From Ardenticatenia bacterium (lineage in GTDB: Bacteria; Chloroflexota; Anaerolineae; Ardenticatenales; Ardenticatenaceae), in NCBI GenBank assembly GCA_030949995.1, contig JAUZRY010000009.1, positions 6,195-70,194 of the forward strand: DNA of 64,000 nt, written 5' to 3'. The notes below the pieces were generated by a model. It made no database searches. It was not told where the DNA came from and saw nothing but the letters and a program-made list of their open reading frames with translations. The position numbers were made by a program, and so were the translations under genes. Shown piece by piece: positions 18,938-27,929 of the stretch; positions within the stretch are counted from its first letter, which is position 1, and each line of letters begins with the position of its first letter.

Positions 18938-19294
18938 TACACACGGGTGTAGTTAACCGTTGGTATTATAGTGCGTCTTCCGAAATTGGCAAAACACCGG
19001 GTGCCCACAGGGTCTCACGGTGCAGGTGAGCGGCTCCCGCGGACGCTTGTCAACTTGCGCGCCGAGCTGCATTGATATACACTGTATATACTCGTGAGGG
19101 GGGGCAGAGCCGTTTTTCTTTGTCCTGAGCATGTGATAAATTTCACAATCGTGCGTTGGGTCGTGCCTGGTGTCTTGGCGAATAATGGACGGGGACATGC
19201 CGGTGAAACCGGCATCCTGTCCGTGGAGCCGGGATGTGTGAGAGTACAACAAACGGAAGCCCCCAAAACAAAGTGTGGAGGAGGGAAGAAATCC

Positions 19295-20224
19295 ATGAAG
19301 ACCTATACGGAGATTGTCTTCGACCGGAAGTGGCACGACCACACGGCCCTGCTGGCCATTAACCGGCCTCACGAGTACAATTCTTACACGCTGACCACCC
19401 TGCGCGAGATGGTGAGTGCCATCGAGGAAGCCATGTGGGACGATGACATTCAGTTCATCGTGCTCACGGGCGTGGGGGACAAGGCTTTTTGCACCGGCGG
19501 CAATGTTCATGAATACGCCGAGGAGTACACCCGCAAGGCCGCCGATTTCTGGAAGTGGGGCGAGATCTACGGGCGGGTGTTTGACATGATCATGCACTGT
19601 GGCAAGCCGGTCATTGCTCGGGTGAATGGCGCCGTGGCCGGCGGCGGCTTTGAGTTTGTGGCCGCCTGTGACTTGGCCATCGCGGCCGACCACGCGCGTT
19701 TCATTTCTCCCGGTCCCCGGGTGGGCATGACGTCTGTTGGCGGGCTCTCCCAATGGCTGCCGCTTCACATCGGCGTGAAGCGCACGGCCGAGATCGTGAT
19801 GCTCAGCACAGAAATTGACGCCCGGACGGCCCTCGAGTGGGGCGTGGTCAACGCCGTGGTGCCGCTCGAGGAGTTGGACAACACGGTACACGAATTCTTG
19901 GAGCGAATGTTGAGCCTCTCGCCTTCCAGCCTCTGGTATTTCAAAGTGCACCTCAACTGGTGGCGGGACTTGGTCTGGCGGCTCACGTGGGAACATGCCA
20001 AGGCATGGTTCTCCCTCAACATTGGCAGCGTGGAGCCGAGCGAGGGGTTGTGGGCCTTCAAGGAACGCCGACCTTCTCGCATGAGGGAAATCCGCGACCG
20101 CATTGGGGATGGCATGGATCCCCGGTATCCCTTTGGGCCATTGATGAAGCGGTGCGATGCGTGTGACGCCGAGTTCTTGCCCGAGCACTCCAAGTTCTGC
20201 CTGAACTGTGGCACAGCCCTGTGA
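19295..20224 (+). CDS. Enoyl-CoA hydratase/isomerase (crotonase) superfamily protein with C-terminal zinc-ribbon
   Basis: GGAGGAGGG RBS and ATG at 19295. LLAINRPHEYNSY...VLTGVGDKAFCTGGNVHEY...KPVIARVNGAVAGGGFEFVAACDLAIA. C-terminus KRCDACDAEFLPEHSKFCLNCG. Confidence 0.8.
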   Translation: MKTYTEIVFDRKWHDHTALLAINRPHEYNSYTLTTLREMVSAIEEAMWDDDIQFIVLTGVGDKAFCTGGNVHEYAEEYTRKAADFWKWGEIYGRVFDMIMHCGKPVIARVNGAVAGGGFEFVAACDLAIAADHARFISPGPRVGMTSVGGLSQWLPLHIGVKRTAEIVMLSTEIDARTALEWGVVNAVVPLEELDNTVHEFLERMLSLSPSSLWYFKVHLNWWRDLVWRLTWEHAKAWFSLNIGSVEPSEGLWAFKERRPSRMREIRDRIGDGMDPRYPFGPLMKRCDACDAEFLPEHSKFCLNCGTAL

Positions 20225-20285
20225 GGACGGATGGAGGCGGGCGAGGGCACGAGTGTATTCGTGTTGTGTGGAAGCTGTCAACCCG

Positions 20286-20307
20286 GGGGCGGCCTAGGAG
20301 CCGCCCC
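20286..20307 (+). terminator. Hairpin downstream of the crotonase gene
   Basis: GGGGCGGC-CTAGGA-GCCGCCCC, with no strong T-tract. Confidence 0.35.
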
Positions 20308-20375
20308 TGTGCTTCGGGCCATGATAGGGAAGCGGATGTGGGTGCTCCTCTGGATTGGCAAGGGGAGATCAAGTG

Positions 20376-20951
20376 ATGGGGAAGCTGACGCTCACGGAGC
20401 GGTTCGTCACGTACATTGAGGCCCGTGCCAGAGGCCGTGTGGTGTTGCTCTTCATGGGGCTGAGTGCCTTGTTAGGCGGCGTGATTCTCCCTGCCACGAG
20501 CGCGCGCCTGCGGGCCCTATCAGGGGGAGTGGGGCCCCTTGATGTTCTCTTCTTCTACACTCCCGCGCGGGCTTACGCCGCGCTGAGCGCGTATGGCGAT
20601 GCCGGCCGGGCGGCGTACCGCGCCGGAGCGCTGACGGCCGACATGCTGTTCCCCGTGAGCTACGCCCTCTTTTTCAGCTTGGCCGTGGCGTGGCTGTGTC
20701 GCCGCGGGCGCATCGAGGGGCGTTGTGGTTGGCCTCTTTTCTTGATCCCCCTGGTGGCCGGCGGCCTTGACGTGATGGAGAATCTCAGTGTGGTCCTTAT
20801 GTTGTCCCTCTACCCGGGCGTGCCTCCAGCCCTGGCATGGGCCGCCACAAGCTTCACGGCGGCCAAGTGGATAGGGGTCACCTTGAGCGTTGTGACGTTG
20901 GCCGTGGCCGGATGGCGGGCCTGCATGGCCACTTGGGGCTCATCTGGTTAA
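20376..20951 (+). CDS. Integral membrane protein, function unknown
   Basis: Five or six hydrophobic segments, coding-like codon usage and an AGGGGAG RBS. Confidence 0.55.
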   Translation: MGKLTLTERFVTYIEARARGRVVLLFMGLSALLGGVILPATSARLRALSGGVGPLDVLFFYTPARAYAALSAYGDAGRAAYRAGALTADMLFPVSYALFFSLAVAWLCRRGRIEGRCGWPLFLIPLVAGGLDVMENLSVVLMLSLYPGVPPALAWAATSFTAAKWIGVTLSVVTLAVAGWRACMATWGSSG

Positions 20952-20961
20952 AGCACACACG

Positions 20962-20985
20962 GGAGAAAGCGAGCCCGCTTTCTCC
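20962..20985 (+). terminator. Terminator hairpin
   Basis: Perfect 10-bp stem GGAGAAAGCG-AGCC-CGCTTTCTCC immediately after the stop at 20951. Confidence 0.5.
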
Positions 20986-21002
20986 GAAACGGCGGTCACA
21001 GG

Positions 21003-21008
21003 TATAAT
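21003..21008 (+). promoter_or_regulatory. Consensus -10 hexamer TATAAT upstream of the GT39-like gene
   Basis: TATAAT sits in a GC-rich intergenic region. The -35 element is poor (TTCTCC-like). Confidence 0.35.
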
Positions 21009-21123
21009 CCTATCACATCCTGTCACTAGCCCGAACGGGCGGTGAGGCAAGCAGCAATTGGCAGGCCCATTGTCATCCCCACCGCACAGGCCTGGCCACA
21101 GACAGCAGCACGTGAACGAGGGA

Positions 21124-23118
21124 ATGGGTGAGCGCTTGAGGGGACGCAAGCTGGTGGCTGCCGCCCTGGCGTGGACGGCGGTGGCTGCCGGGGTAGGCGT
21201 ATTGGCAGCCTTCAGCCTTGGCCGTAGCCCGGAGGACACGGGAGCACTCCTAGCCTTGGCCTTGATGGCCGGTGCAATGTTGGTGTTGGCCGTGTGGGAG
21301 GCCAAAAACCGCTCTGGGGCCCACCGGCCTCCCCTGGTGACGGTGATTTGGCAGGGCATTGTTGAGCAACCTTGGCGCGGGGTCGCCTTCGTGGGCGCCT
21401 TCTCGCTTCTGGCATCCGTCATGCGCCGTTTGCCCCACATGCCCCCATCGGCCGATTTCACCGCCGTGACGGTCACCTGGCTCGTGGCGTTTCTCTTCTA
21501 CGTGGTGGCTGTTGCCCCCCCACGCCCGCGCCCGCGCCACGACTGGAGCATCTGGTGGGAGGTCAACCGGGCGAATGTGCTCATGCTGACGGCCATTGTG
21601 GGCGTGGCCCTGTGGCTGCGGGCTTGGGGGCTTGACCGGGCACCAGCTGCGTTGGCCGGCGACGAGGCGACGTTTGCCCGGGAAGCCTTGCGGGTGCTCC
21701 GCGGGGAATTGCGCAACCCGTTCATGACGGGGTGGCTCTCCCAGCCCACGATGACATTCTTCTACACGGCCCTGAGCGTGCGTGTCTTTGGGTTCTCTGT
21801 GATGAGCGTGCGGCTCCCTTGGGCCATTGTGGGCACGCTCTCCGTGCTCGTCACTTTCTGGCTGGTGAGTCGCCTCAAGGGAGGCTACGTGGGCATGGTC
21901 ACAGCCGCCCTGTTGGCCACCTATCACCTGCACGTCCACTACTCCCGCCTCAACCTGAACAACATCGCTGATCCCTTCTTCATGGGCCTCACGCTTCTGT
22001 GGCTCATGCGGGCACTCGACCGACGTAGCCCCCTGGACTGGGTGTTGGCCGGCGCGGCTGCCGGTGGCGCGCTCTACGGTTACACAGGTGGCCGCCTAGT
22101 GCCTGTGGTGGCCTTGGTGGTGCTCCTCTACTATTGGGCAGGGCGTGGGCGGCGCTTTTGGGCCGAGCAGCGTGTCGGCCTGTTGAGCGCTGTGGGCGCT
22201 TTCCTCATTGTGGCCGCGCCCATGCTCCAGTTCGCGTATCGTTTCCCCGACGAGTTCAACGGGCGCATCAATCAAGTCGGCATCGTGCAGAACGGCTGGC
22301 TGGCGCAGGAGATGGAAGCTCGGGGTCAGGGGGCGCTTCCCATCCTGTGGGACCAATTCCAACGAACAGTGTTGGGGTTTCTTCTCTATCCTGATCGTGC
22401 GCCCTTCTACAGCCTCCCCCACCCGTTGCTCGACCCTTTCTTCGGCACCTTGTTCTTCGCCGGGTTGCTCTACGCCATGGTCCGCCTTGTCATTTCCCCC
22501 ACGGACCGGCGTCTCTTTCCCTTCGTGGCCTGGTGGTGGGGCGGAGTGATTTTTGGTGGCGTGCTCACCCAAGGGCCGCCCTCCAGCCAGCGCTTGGTCA
22601 CCTTGAGCGTGCCGGTGACCTTCTTCATCGCCTTGGCCCTGTGGCGAATGACGTTCCTCCTCCGCCGGCTGTGGGGCGGCTTACCGGCACTCCCCGTCCT
22701 GGTGGCCGGTGTTCTGCTCTTTGCCCTGATCAATGTGCGGCTCTACTTTTTCGAGTACATTCCATCGGCCACCTACGGGGGGCCAGTAGCATAACTGGCC
22801 ACGCATGTGGCCCCTGTTGCGCGGCCGCTGGTGCCGGAGCACCGCCTCTACGTCGTTGGGGCGCCCTGGTTCTTCTGGGACTTTCCCACCTTCAGTCTGT
22901 TGCTGCCAGACGCCCGGGCTACTGACATCATTGAGCCCATTACGCGCCCACCTGAGGGCATGGTGCCCGAGGGGGAGGGTGCAATCTTCCTTTTCGTCCC
23001 GGAGCGGGCTGACGAACTGGAGCTGGTGCGCCAGGCCTATCCCCGGGGCCGCCTCCATGAGATCCGTGTGCCTCCGGACAACACCCTTGCCGGCCTGCTT
23101 TACATCGTGCCACCCTAA
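21124..23118 (+). CDS. GT39/ArnT-like (PMT_2) membrane glycosyltransferase, interrupted by an in-frame TAA at 22792-22794
   Basis: More than 10 TM helices, with DEATFAREA near the first loop. ORF 22807..23118 is in the same frame and resembles the usual C-terminal soluble domain (RLYVVGAPWFFWDFPTFSLLLP...). The start is uncertain (21058 or 21124). Confidence 0.7.
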
Positions 23119-23180
23119 TGCCCCCCGCTTGACGCTCACCGCGAGACCCTTCGCCCTTGACCCAAGGGCTGAAGAACCCT

Positions 23181-23209
23181 TTGGCAATGCCCGCACTTTG
23201 TGTTAAGAT
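23181..23209 (+). promoter_or_regulatory. Candidate sigma70-type promoter (TTGGCA-17 nt-TAAGAT) for the ECF sigma gene
   Basis: TTGGCA at 23181-23186 and TAAGAT at 23204-23209, about 90 nt upstream of the ATG at 23301. Confidence 0.5.
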
Positions 23210-23300
23210 GTGGGCATCCCCTTGGGCGGTGTGGAGCTGACAGCACACTGGGAAGAGGAACCTGCCAGCCGGTGGTGCTGGGTGAGAACAGGACCCGCCT

Positions 23301-24005
23301 ATGCACAGCCATGGAGGAAATGAGTCGATCACTCATTTGTCCAACGACCTTTTAGCCAAACGGTGCGCTGAGGAACGGGAGCGCTTCTTCAGACGACAAC
23401 CGACAGACAACCGCTTCTGCTTTGAGCTCTTCCGGCGGGCCATCCTGTACCGCAACGAGCACGCCTGGCAGATTCTCTACGAGCAATACTCCTCATTGGT
23501 GAGCGGGTGGATTCGCCAGAGCAGTGGCTTCCAAGCTGGCCAGAGTGACTTGGAGGAATTGGTGAACTTGACCTTCACCAAATTCTGGCAGTCAGTACCT
23601 GCTTCCAAATTCCGCAGCTTTGTCTCCTTGGAAGCCGTCTTGCAGTATTTGCGCCTCTGTGCCGGCAGCGTGGTCATGGACATGGCCCGCCGGCGCAAGC
23701 ACGAGAGCCGGCTTATGCCCTACGAAACCATCATGGGAGGAATGGCCGACCACCGGAACGTCGAACAGGATGTGTTGGATGACCTCACCCGTCAGCGCTT
23801 CTGGCAGGAAATCCAGACCTTGTTGGCCAACGAGACCGAAATGAAAGTCATTTTCTGCTACTTCATTCTTGGCATGAAACCTCGCCAAATCCAAGCGGCC
23901 TATCCCGACACGTTTCCCTCAGTCGAGCTCGTGTACCAAATCAAGCGCAACGTGCTCAACCGGTTGCGCCGCTCTAAGAGCTTGGAGCGATGGCTGAAGG
24001 AATGA
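23301..24005 (+). CDS. ECF-type (sigma-70 family, group 4) RNA polymerase sigma factor
   Basis: Region 2-like FELFRRAILYRNEHAWQILYEQYSSLVSGWI and LVNLTFTKFW. Region 4 HTH-like MKVIFCYFILGMKPRQIQAAYP...VELVYQIKRNVLNRLR. Confidence 0.8.
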   Translation: MHSHGGNESITHLSNDLLAKRCAEERERFFRRQPTDNRFCFELFRRAILYRNEHAWQILYEQYSSLVSGWIRQSSGFQAGQSDLEELVNLTFTKFWQSVPASKFRSFVSLEAVLQYLRLCAGSVVMDMARRRKHESRLMPYETIMGGMADHRNVEQDVLDDLTRQRFWQEIQTLLANETEMKVIFCYFILGMKPRQIQAAYPDTFPSVELVYQIKRNVLNRLRRSKSLERWLKE

Positions 24006-24240
24006 GCGAAAAATGGTGAACACGCGCGTTTATCAAGTGTAGTCCTCATGCACTGAAGTTGCTGGGGGCACAGGGGATTGGCCTGCAGGAGAGCTGTGGA
24101 ACCACATGAATAGCCTATGAGGTGCGGAGACACCCTTCCAGCTCCATCTCTTCCCAACAACATTCCCCACAACATGTGAGTAGCCCGAACAATGTGAGGC
24201 AAAGCGGGCTGTGAACTTTAAGGAAAAAGGAGTAGGTGCG

Positions 24241-24963
24241 ATGAGCTCACATGTCGATGAGCGGGCATTGGAGCAGGTGTTGGCTGGCGAAGCGCCTCCT
24301 CACGTTGAAGAACACGTGACCACCTGTGCGCTCTGCCGGCGAAGGGCAGCCGAGCTGGCCACGGAAGAGGCTGTCCTCATCCGCGTGTTGCTGCGAATGT
24401 GTTGCCCGGATTCCCTGAAGCTCGGCGAATGGGTGGCGGGCCTGTTGCCCGAGTCGGAGGCCCGAAACGTGGCCCACCACGTCACCGTCTGCCCCCAATG
24501 TCAAGAAGAGGCTGCCTTGGCCCGGGAGATGCTGCACTTGAGCACCCGAGAATCCTCCCTCACCGTGGCCGCACGAAAGGCACGCCGTCTGGTGGCCACC
24601 CTGCTGGCCGACGAATCCCCTTCCTTGGCGACGGCTCCCTTCGCCCTGCGGGGCGCGCCGGCCAGCGGCAGGCAGTACCAAGTTGGTTCCCTGCGCATTA
24701 CGTTGGACTTAGAGCGGGAGGCGCCGGCCAGCTACACCATTTTCGGGTTAATCGTGAGCGAGGCGGAGGATATTGGGCATTTTGAAGGGCTTCGTGTGCG
24801 CTTGGAACAAGCTCCTGATGTGGAAGTGGCGACCACAGAGGTTGACGATCTGGACACGTTTGTCTTCGCTCACGTCACTCCGGGCACGTACATGATCGAG
24901 ATTGAAACCGGTGAAGGTGTGGCTGTGATCGAAGATCTCATTGTGGGCAATGGCCAACACTAG
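24241..24963 (+). CDS. Soluble anti-sigma factor with two zinc-finger (ZAS, HxxxCxxC) motifs
   Basis: AAAGGAG RBS. Motifs HVTTCALC and HVTVCPQC. No TM helix. The C-terminal part is beta-rich (FVFAHVTPGTYMIEIETGEG). Confidence 0.7.
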   Translation: MSSHVDERALEQVLAGEAPPHVEEHVTTCALCRRRAAELATEEAVLIRVLLRMCCPDSLKLGEWVAGLLPESEARNVAHHVTVCPQCQEEAALAREMLHLSTRESSLTVAARKARRLVATLLADESPSLATAPFALRGAPASGRQYQVGSLRITLDLEREAPASYTIFGLIVSEAEDIGHFEGLRVRLEQAPDVEVATTEVDDLDTFVFAHVTPGTYMIEIETGEGVAVIEDLIVGNGQH

Positions 24964-24986
24964 CGGGGTGACTCGAAAGGTGACCC

Positions 24987-27929
24987 GTGATGTGTTCCCC
25001 AGAGGCGCTGTTGGCACAGTGGGAACAAGTTGCTCCCACACAGTTCCGAGCATGGTTCACTGCCCACCTTGATCACCTCACTGACGCCTTCTTCGAGCGA
25101 ATGAAGGCCCGCATTGCCGCCCACATGCAGCAGGATGCCAAGCGGGCTTTGGAATTGGCCCAGAGCCTCCTCCTTGCCGCTGAGCTCACCCAACGCCCCA
25201 TGCATACACTTCTAGGGCTGATGGCCTTAGCAAACGTCTACGGCTTCGCCCAAGGGCGGTATCAAGAGGCGCTGGAGACGTTCGAGGAGGCCTTGGCCCT
25301 GGCCAAAGCGTGTGGTGCTCACGCGCAAGCCCACCGCATTCGCATGGCCCAGATTTACGTCTTGGGCATGCTGAGCCGCTTTGATGAAGCCTTGGCCATA
25401 GGCGAAGCCCTCTGCCGCGAAGTGCGCGAGGCCGGCAACTGGTTGGTCTACATGGGCACCCTCAACAACATGGCCATCGTCTGTCGGCGACGAGGAGACT
25501 TGAGCCGCGCTCTCGCCCTTCAGGACGAACACGAACGCTTCCTGAGCCAATGCCCTCTTACCCCCTCCGAATATTATAACCGCCTTTTCCGCCTCCACCT
25601 CAACCGGTCCATCATCTTCATCCACCTGAACGCCTTCCAGGAGGCCATCCAGGTCGTTCAAGAAGCCCTCCACATTGCCGAGAACATCATAAAACAGCCG
25701 GCCCGTGTGGCCCGTGCTAAAGACAGCTTGGGGCTGATCTACTTTTACAAAGGAGCATACAACGACGCTTTGGCCTACTTTCAGGAGGCACGGCGAACGT
25801 TCGAGGCGTGCCACTTGCAGCGGGACGCAGTCATCGCCCGCCTCTTTGAGACCCAATGTCTCCTGGCCCTCAACGACGTGGAGACGGTGGAGCAGACGGC
25901 GTCTCACATCATCGACTACTGCGTGCAAACAGGCATGGACCACGAATTGGCCTTGGCGTACTTATACCGCTCCAAGGCCCGCCGACACATGGACCGGCTC
26001 TTGCTGGCGGCCAACGATCTGGAGCAGGCCGCCATGATCTTCAAGGCCCACAACAACAAGGCCTGGTTAGGGCAAGTCTACTTGGAATTGGCTTACGTCT
26101 TCCTGGCCACGGATAGCCTCTTCGAGGCCACACTGGCCGCGGAGACTGCCCAACACTACTTTGAACGACTCGACTTACCCCTTGAGCGAGCCCAAGCGTT
26201 GCTCGTCCAAGGCCTTGTGGCTGAGCAGCGCGACTGGCCGGCCATAGCCCGTCGCCTCTACAGGGACGTGTTGCACATCGGTCGACGTGAACAGTTGCCC
26301 ATGCTGATCTACCCGGCCTGTTACGGCTTGGCCCGGCTGGAGCGGCGGGTGGGACACGTGGAAGCCGCCAGAGCTCGCTTCCGCCAGGCCATCCAAGCGA
26401 TCGAGGAATTGCGTGGCAGTGTGGCCGTTGAACTCCGTGTCCCCTTCCTGGCCGACAAGTTGGACCTCTACGAACAGGCTATTGCTCTGGAACTGGACAC
26501 CGACGCGCCCGAAGACGCCTTTCGCCTCGTCCAATACGTAAAATCACGGGCCCTGCTCGACTTGTTGGGCGAGGAACACAGCCTGCGATTTCAGGCCGTT
26601 GGCGCTGACGAGCGCCAGATCGTGGAAGAAATTCACCATCTCCGCGAGCGATGGCGTTGGCTTCAGCGTAGAGCCCTCTACATCTCCATGCAGACCAAGG
26701 CCGACTCGGAGTTCGCCTTGGACCGGCGCCAACGTAAGGCCCTTCTGGAAGAAGCCCAGGAGTGCGAAAGTCGTCTGCGGGCTCTCTTTCGGGAATTTCA
26801 AGTTCGTCGTACGGCGGCACGCCGTTTGACCCCCTCCCTGGCAGAGGTCTCCGTGAACGATGTGCGCGCCCACCTGCCCCCCGACACATTGCTCGTGGAG
26901 TATTTCGCCATTGCCGGCCGGCTGTGGGCCTTCGTGGTGACCGATAAGCGCCTTCGCGTCCGCGAACTCTGTGACATCACGCACATACATCACCTCATGG
27001 GGCGTTGGCGTCTGCTCATGGGCCACATGGCCTCGTCCGGTCGAGCCCGCTTGGAGGCGGTGCAGCGAGTGTTGGGCCACGTGTACGAGTTGATCTTCGC
27101 CCCGTTGGAGATCCATGAGCTGGACAGAAGCCACATCTACGTCGTTCCCCACGGCGTGCTTCATTACTTGCCCTTCGCCGCGCTCTACAACCGGCGTGAC
27201 GGTCGCTATCTGGTGGAGGAGGCCGCTGTGGCCCGCTTGCCCAGCAGCGGTCTCCTCGGTGTGCTGCGAGCTCGTGCCAAGCGTGCGGCCGAGGGGACGC
27301 CGCTGATCTTGGGCCACAGCCATCACGGCATGTTGCCTGTGGCCGTCGAGGAGGCCCGTGACGTGACCAACACTGTTGGAGGAGAATGTTATCTGGAGGA
27401 AGAAGCCTTGGGTGAACGGCTCACCAGGGGCGAAGTGTGGCGCCCCCTCATCCACGTGGCGGCTCATGGCCTCTTCCGCACTGATGCCCCTCTTTTCTCC
27501 TCCATCTACTTGGCCGACGGGCCCCTCACCACCCTCGATCTCTTCAATGCCTCCATGCCCAGTGGCTTGTTGGTCCTGAGCGCCTGTGAGACAGGATTGG
27601 GCGTCGTGCACCCCGGCGATGAAATTATGGGGCTGAGCCGAGCGTGCCTGCACGCCGGTGCCCAATCCCTGCTGCTCAGCCTGTGGCGCATCGAAGACCG
27701 GACCACGCGGACCTTCATGCTGGACTTGTACGCCCACTTGCTGGCCGGCGCCTCCCCGGCCGAGGCTCTGGCAGCCGTGCAGCGTCGCTGCCTCCACGAT
27801 CCCGCGACGGCACATCCCTTCTACTGGGCCGCCTTCTCCGTGACCGGCGACGCCTTCACGCCCGTCCGCTTGGCTGCTACACGGCTTGGGCGTTCGGTGG
27901 CTCCCCGCTCCTGTCATAGGGCGCCGTAG
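24987..27929 (+). CDS. TPR-repeat CHAT-domain (caspase-like) protease
   Basis: About 600 aa of TPR-like helical repeats, then CHAT motifs IYVVPHGVLHYLPF, LIHVAAHGLF (catalytic His) and LLVLSACETG (catalytic Cys), then HPFYWAAFSVTGD. No signal peptide. The start is 23 nt after the anti-sigma stop. Confidence 0.85.
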   Translation: MMCSPEALLAQWEQVAPTQFRAWFTAHLDHLTDAFFERMKARIAAHMQQDAKRALELAQSLLLAAELTQRPMHTLLGLMALANVYGFAQGRYQEALETFEEALALAKACGAHAQAHRIRMAQIYVLGMLSRFDEALAIGEALCREVREAGNWLVYMGTLNNMAIVCRRRGDLSRALALQDEHERFLSQCPLTPSEYYNRLFRLHLNRSIIFIHLNAFQEAIQVVQEALHIAENIIKQPARVARAKDSLGLIYFYKGAYNDALAYFQEARRTFEACHLQRDAVIARLFETQCLLALNDVETVEQTASHIIDYCVQTGMDHELALAYLYRSKARRHMDRLLLAANDLEQAAMIFKAHNNKAWLGQVYLELAYVFLATDSLFEATLAAETAQHYFERLDLPLERAQALLVQGLVAEQRDWPAIARRLYRDVLHIGRREQLPMLIYPACYGLARLERRVGHVEAARARFRQAIQAIEELRGSVAVELRVPFLADKLDLYEQAIALELDTDAPEDAFRLVQYVKSRALLDLLGEEHSLRFQAVGADERQIVEEIHHLRERWRWLQRRALYISMQTKADSEFALDRRQRKALLEEAQECESRLRALFREFQVRRTAARRLTPSLAEVSVNDVRAHLPPDTLLVEYFAIAGRLWAFVVTDKRLRVRELCDITHIHHLMGRWRLLMGHMASSGRARLEAVQRVLGHVYELIFAPLEIHELDRSHIYVVPHGVLHYLPFAALYNRRDGRYLVEEAAVARLPSSGLLGVLRARAKRAAEGTPLILGHSHHGMLPVAVEEARDVTNTVGGECYLEEEALGERLTRGEVWRPLIHVAAHGLFRTDAPLFSSIYLADGPLTTLDLFNASMPSGLLVLSACETGLGVVHPGDEIMGLSRACLHAGAQSLLLSLWRIEDRTTRTFMLDLYAHLLAGASPAEALAAVQRRCLHDPATAHPFYWAAFSVTGDAFTPVRLAATRLGRSVAPRSCHRAP

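Noticed and set aside
19100-19294. Structured leader upstream of the crotonase gene (hairpin GGACATGCCGG-TGAAA-CCGGCATCCTGTCC), considered as a riboswitch
   Set aside because: It matches no riboswitch consensus that I can recognise, and there is no terminator or anti-terminator pairing or RBS-sequestering alternative. I treat it only as a stable hairpin.
18953-20281. 442-aa minus-strand ORF covering the nusA-crotonase intergenic region and the crotonase gene
   Set aside because: The plus-strand frame has unmistakable crotonase motifs and an RBS. The antisense product has no recognisable motif and shows high-GC shadow-ORF composition.
23250-24130. GGAAC(C)-N18-19-GGTG elements upstream of the sigma gene and of the anti-sigma gene, considered as ECF-dependent autoregulatory promoters
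   Set aside because: There are only two occurrences, the -10-like parts are poorly matched, and the spacing is inexact. This is not sufficient to call a promoter motif, so it is mentioned only as a lead.
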